From: Macrostomum hystrix
Taxonomy: Eukaryota; Animalia; Platyhelminthes
Direction: 5' to 3'
Assembly (NCBI GenBank): GCA_950097015.1
Contig: CATNEN010000025.1
Span: 8,618,001-8,682,000, forward strand
Length of the DNA stretch: 64,000 nt
This document shows positions 62,005 to 64,000 of the stretch, one piece after another (position 1 is the first letter of the stretch; each line of letters begins with the position of its first letter). The notes beneath the pieces were generated by a model that saw nothing but the letters and a program-made list of their open reading frames with translations, did no database searches and had not been told where the DNA came from. The position numbers and the translations under genes were made by a program.

Positions 62005-62215
62005 GAGAGTGGTGGAGTGGTTACCTCCACATGAGCTTGATTTTGCAGCAAGGCCACATTCATTTGGGGGTGCAATCACAGGGAGAAGGCTTGGGGACTT
62101 GTTGTGCAATTTACACATTTGAGGACCAACCTCCAAGGCACAGTGAAAGTGTACAATGCCTGACAATCAGAAAGTCAGGGCAGATATTTATACCTGTGTG
62201 TCTGTGCCTATGTAT
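62005..62215 (+). mobile_element. Diverged 5' part of the tRNA-derived SINE
   Basis: GGCCACATTCATTTGGGG...CTCCAAGGCACAGTGA.AGTGTAC...AGAAAGTCAGGGCAGAT matches 43495-43670. Confidence 0.8.
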
Positions 62216-63060
62216 CATAGTTCTCTATGCATCAGAGGCCTGGGGAGCTTTTGTCTCCTGGAAACTGGGTACTCGGGATCGGAACCTTATAGAGAGAATT
62301 AATTCTAGAATCTGCAAGTCGATTCTGCAAGTTAGTCCAAACACTGACAGCAATGGTGCTCGGTCCGAATTAGGAAGACTACCACTATTATATAGTATTC
62401 AAAAAATAAGCCTTCAATACTGGTCCTCAGTTCGGAGCCGACCAGACTCCATCATCGCGAAATTGGTGGCAGATACAGAATACAGCGATGTTGGCATTGG
62501 GGAAAAAATGAATGGTGAAGTAATGCGGAATTGTCAACAGACTAGAATAACAAAGTCCATCAAAACGCACAGAGAGAACTTTGAGTCAGAGTTTCGAAGG
62601 CACTGGACTCAGAGGATGGGAAAATCAGCCAAGCTCAGCCACTTCTATTACACGTTTAAGAAAGATTTCTCCCGAGAAAAGTACCTAACAATAATCTCTA
62701 ACCCACAACAAAGGCGCACAATGTCCCGATTTCGTCTAGGAAACCACAAACTGGCCTGTGAGACATTGCGCACTGTAAGACCGAAAATCGCCTATGAAAA
62801 CAGAACATGTCCAAAATGTAGAGTCGAGGTAGAGAACGAAACTCATATTCTCTTTAGATGCGATTGGTCCGTTTATGTTCCAATTAGAAATAAATTCATA
62901 GAGAAAGTGGCAGGTACTGTTCGAAATTTCGAAAGTCTAACAGCTGATGACAAAATTGTGTATTTAATGACACAGGAAAGCACAGAGTTAACAGAAAGTT
63001 TTGTGGACTTCATAGAAAGCATAATTAAAGCTAGATAAAAAGCCACTGCCCTGAGGCCCA
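62216..63060 (+). mobile_element. 3' fragment of the same LINE as 15400-16975
   Basis: Near-identical to the reverse complement of about 15432-16277; by eye only about a dozen substitutions. Confidence 0.92.
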
Positions 63061-64000
63061 TAGTTAGAATGCGAAAACACAATAGCTATTCTCCTTTCGG
63101 TCAGTTTTAATTTTCCCTTTAAATTTCAATATTTCATTTCTTGTTTTAATGCCTTTGTTTATTTCAAAAAGTTGTTTTTTTAATATTTTAATAACCTAAA
63201 ATTATGTATGCTACTGTCTTCCTATCGCCTTCTCTTTAAAAAATCGATTTGTTTAACCTCAAACATAAAATAAACAAAAAAATCAGCACCCAATCAGTGT
63301 GCGCACCTCAATAATAATAATAATAATAATAATGTATGGTATATATGTGCACATATTCTTAGGGATCAGCAAAATGGGGATAATCCTCCTTACTGGCTGC
63401 AGGTCTAGTGTCAAAAAAAATTTGCCAGTGCCCACAGCCCTCCTGCAGTTATTATTAACTCTACAATAAAAGAAAGCAATTAGTCTGCTTTAATGATAAT
63501 AAAGAATGACTTGTAAAGTGACTTGTTAGGGTCCATATTTTATTGGCAATTGATCATTAATGTTATTAAACTTTTTTATTATGTTTTAAGTACTCAATTA
63601 AAAAGATTAGTTTGCTTGTCTTTGACTTTATAGGAAAAATACTATAGGCCTACAAACATGTTTACTATGATAACCACTTAGAACTCCATTCGGCACAGTT
63701 CCTAGATTCCTATAAAGGACAAACATGATCAAATTGAATTAGGTACTGACACCAATAGTTAAAGTTTGTAGGGTTTGACTTTGACATTTTTTAACATTGT
63801 GAACAATGAAACTTTGCTACAATATTCTTTAAGGACCTTTAAAAACAAGGCCTATTATAGTCTGCTAGATCATAAAGATTCAAATTAGTTCATAGCTAAT
63901 CATTCTAAATAGCTATTTTACTACCTTACTTGGGTTTTGACAAGCTATATATTTTGGAAGCAAAGGAACATAATAATCATGAATCGTGATAGACATTTAC

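Overview
Eukaryotic (metazoan) genomic DNA with spliced genes, AT-rich spacers, many mini- and microsatellite arrays and transposon relics. There is no sign of a prokaryotic operon, CRISPR array or rRNA gene. The style (GC-rich exons with poly-Ala/Gln, short introns, dense minisatellites, a flatworm-type neuropeptide) suggests a free-living flatworm such as Macrostomum; this is inference. Genes I could assemble by hand from GT-AG junctions that keep frame: a two-cNMP-domain CNBD2-like gene (5921-9667 +), an intronless very acidic protein (12725-13594 +), a basic low-complexity orphan (20938-22582 +), a secreted Arg-rich precursor (24071-23397 -), a tetraspanin largely invisible in the ORF track (32481-28636 -), an ASYVRMamide neuropeptide precursor (39472-38774 -), an orphan ORF (44566-44024 -), a spliced orphan (about 53620-52635 -), a Rac-like Rho GTPase (56064-57252 +) and an ankyrin-repeat gene (61680-60511 -). 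Mobile DNA: two young copies of one LINE, an RNase H-bearing LINE with a 13-bp TSD, three copies of a tRNA-derived SINE, a hAT MITE, a 330-bp palindrome, and a TTAA-flanked foldback element that has captured a copy of the adjacent tetraspanin exon. A 5.1-kb 15-bp satellite shows a ~1.88-kb higher-order repeat. Most long ORFs in the supplied track are translations of repeats. The best leads are the cationic secreted precursor, the exon-capturing foldback element and the neuropeptide.
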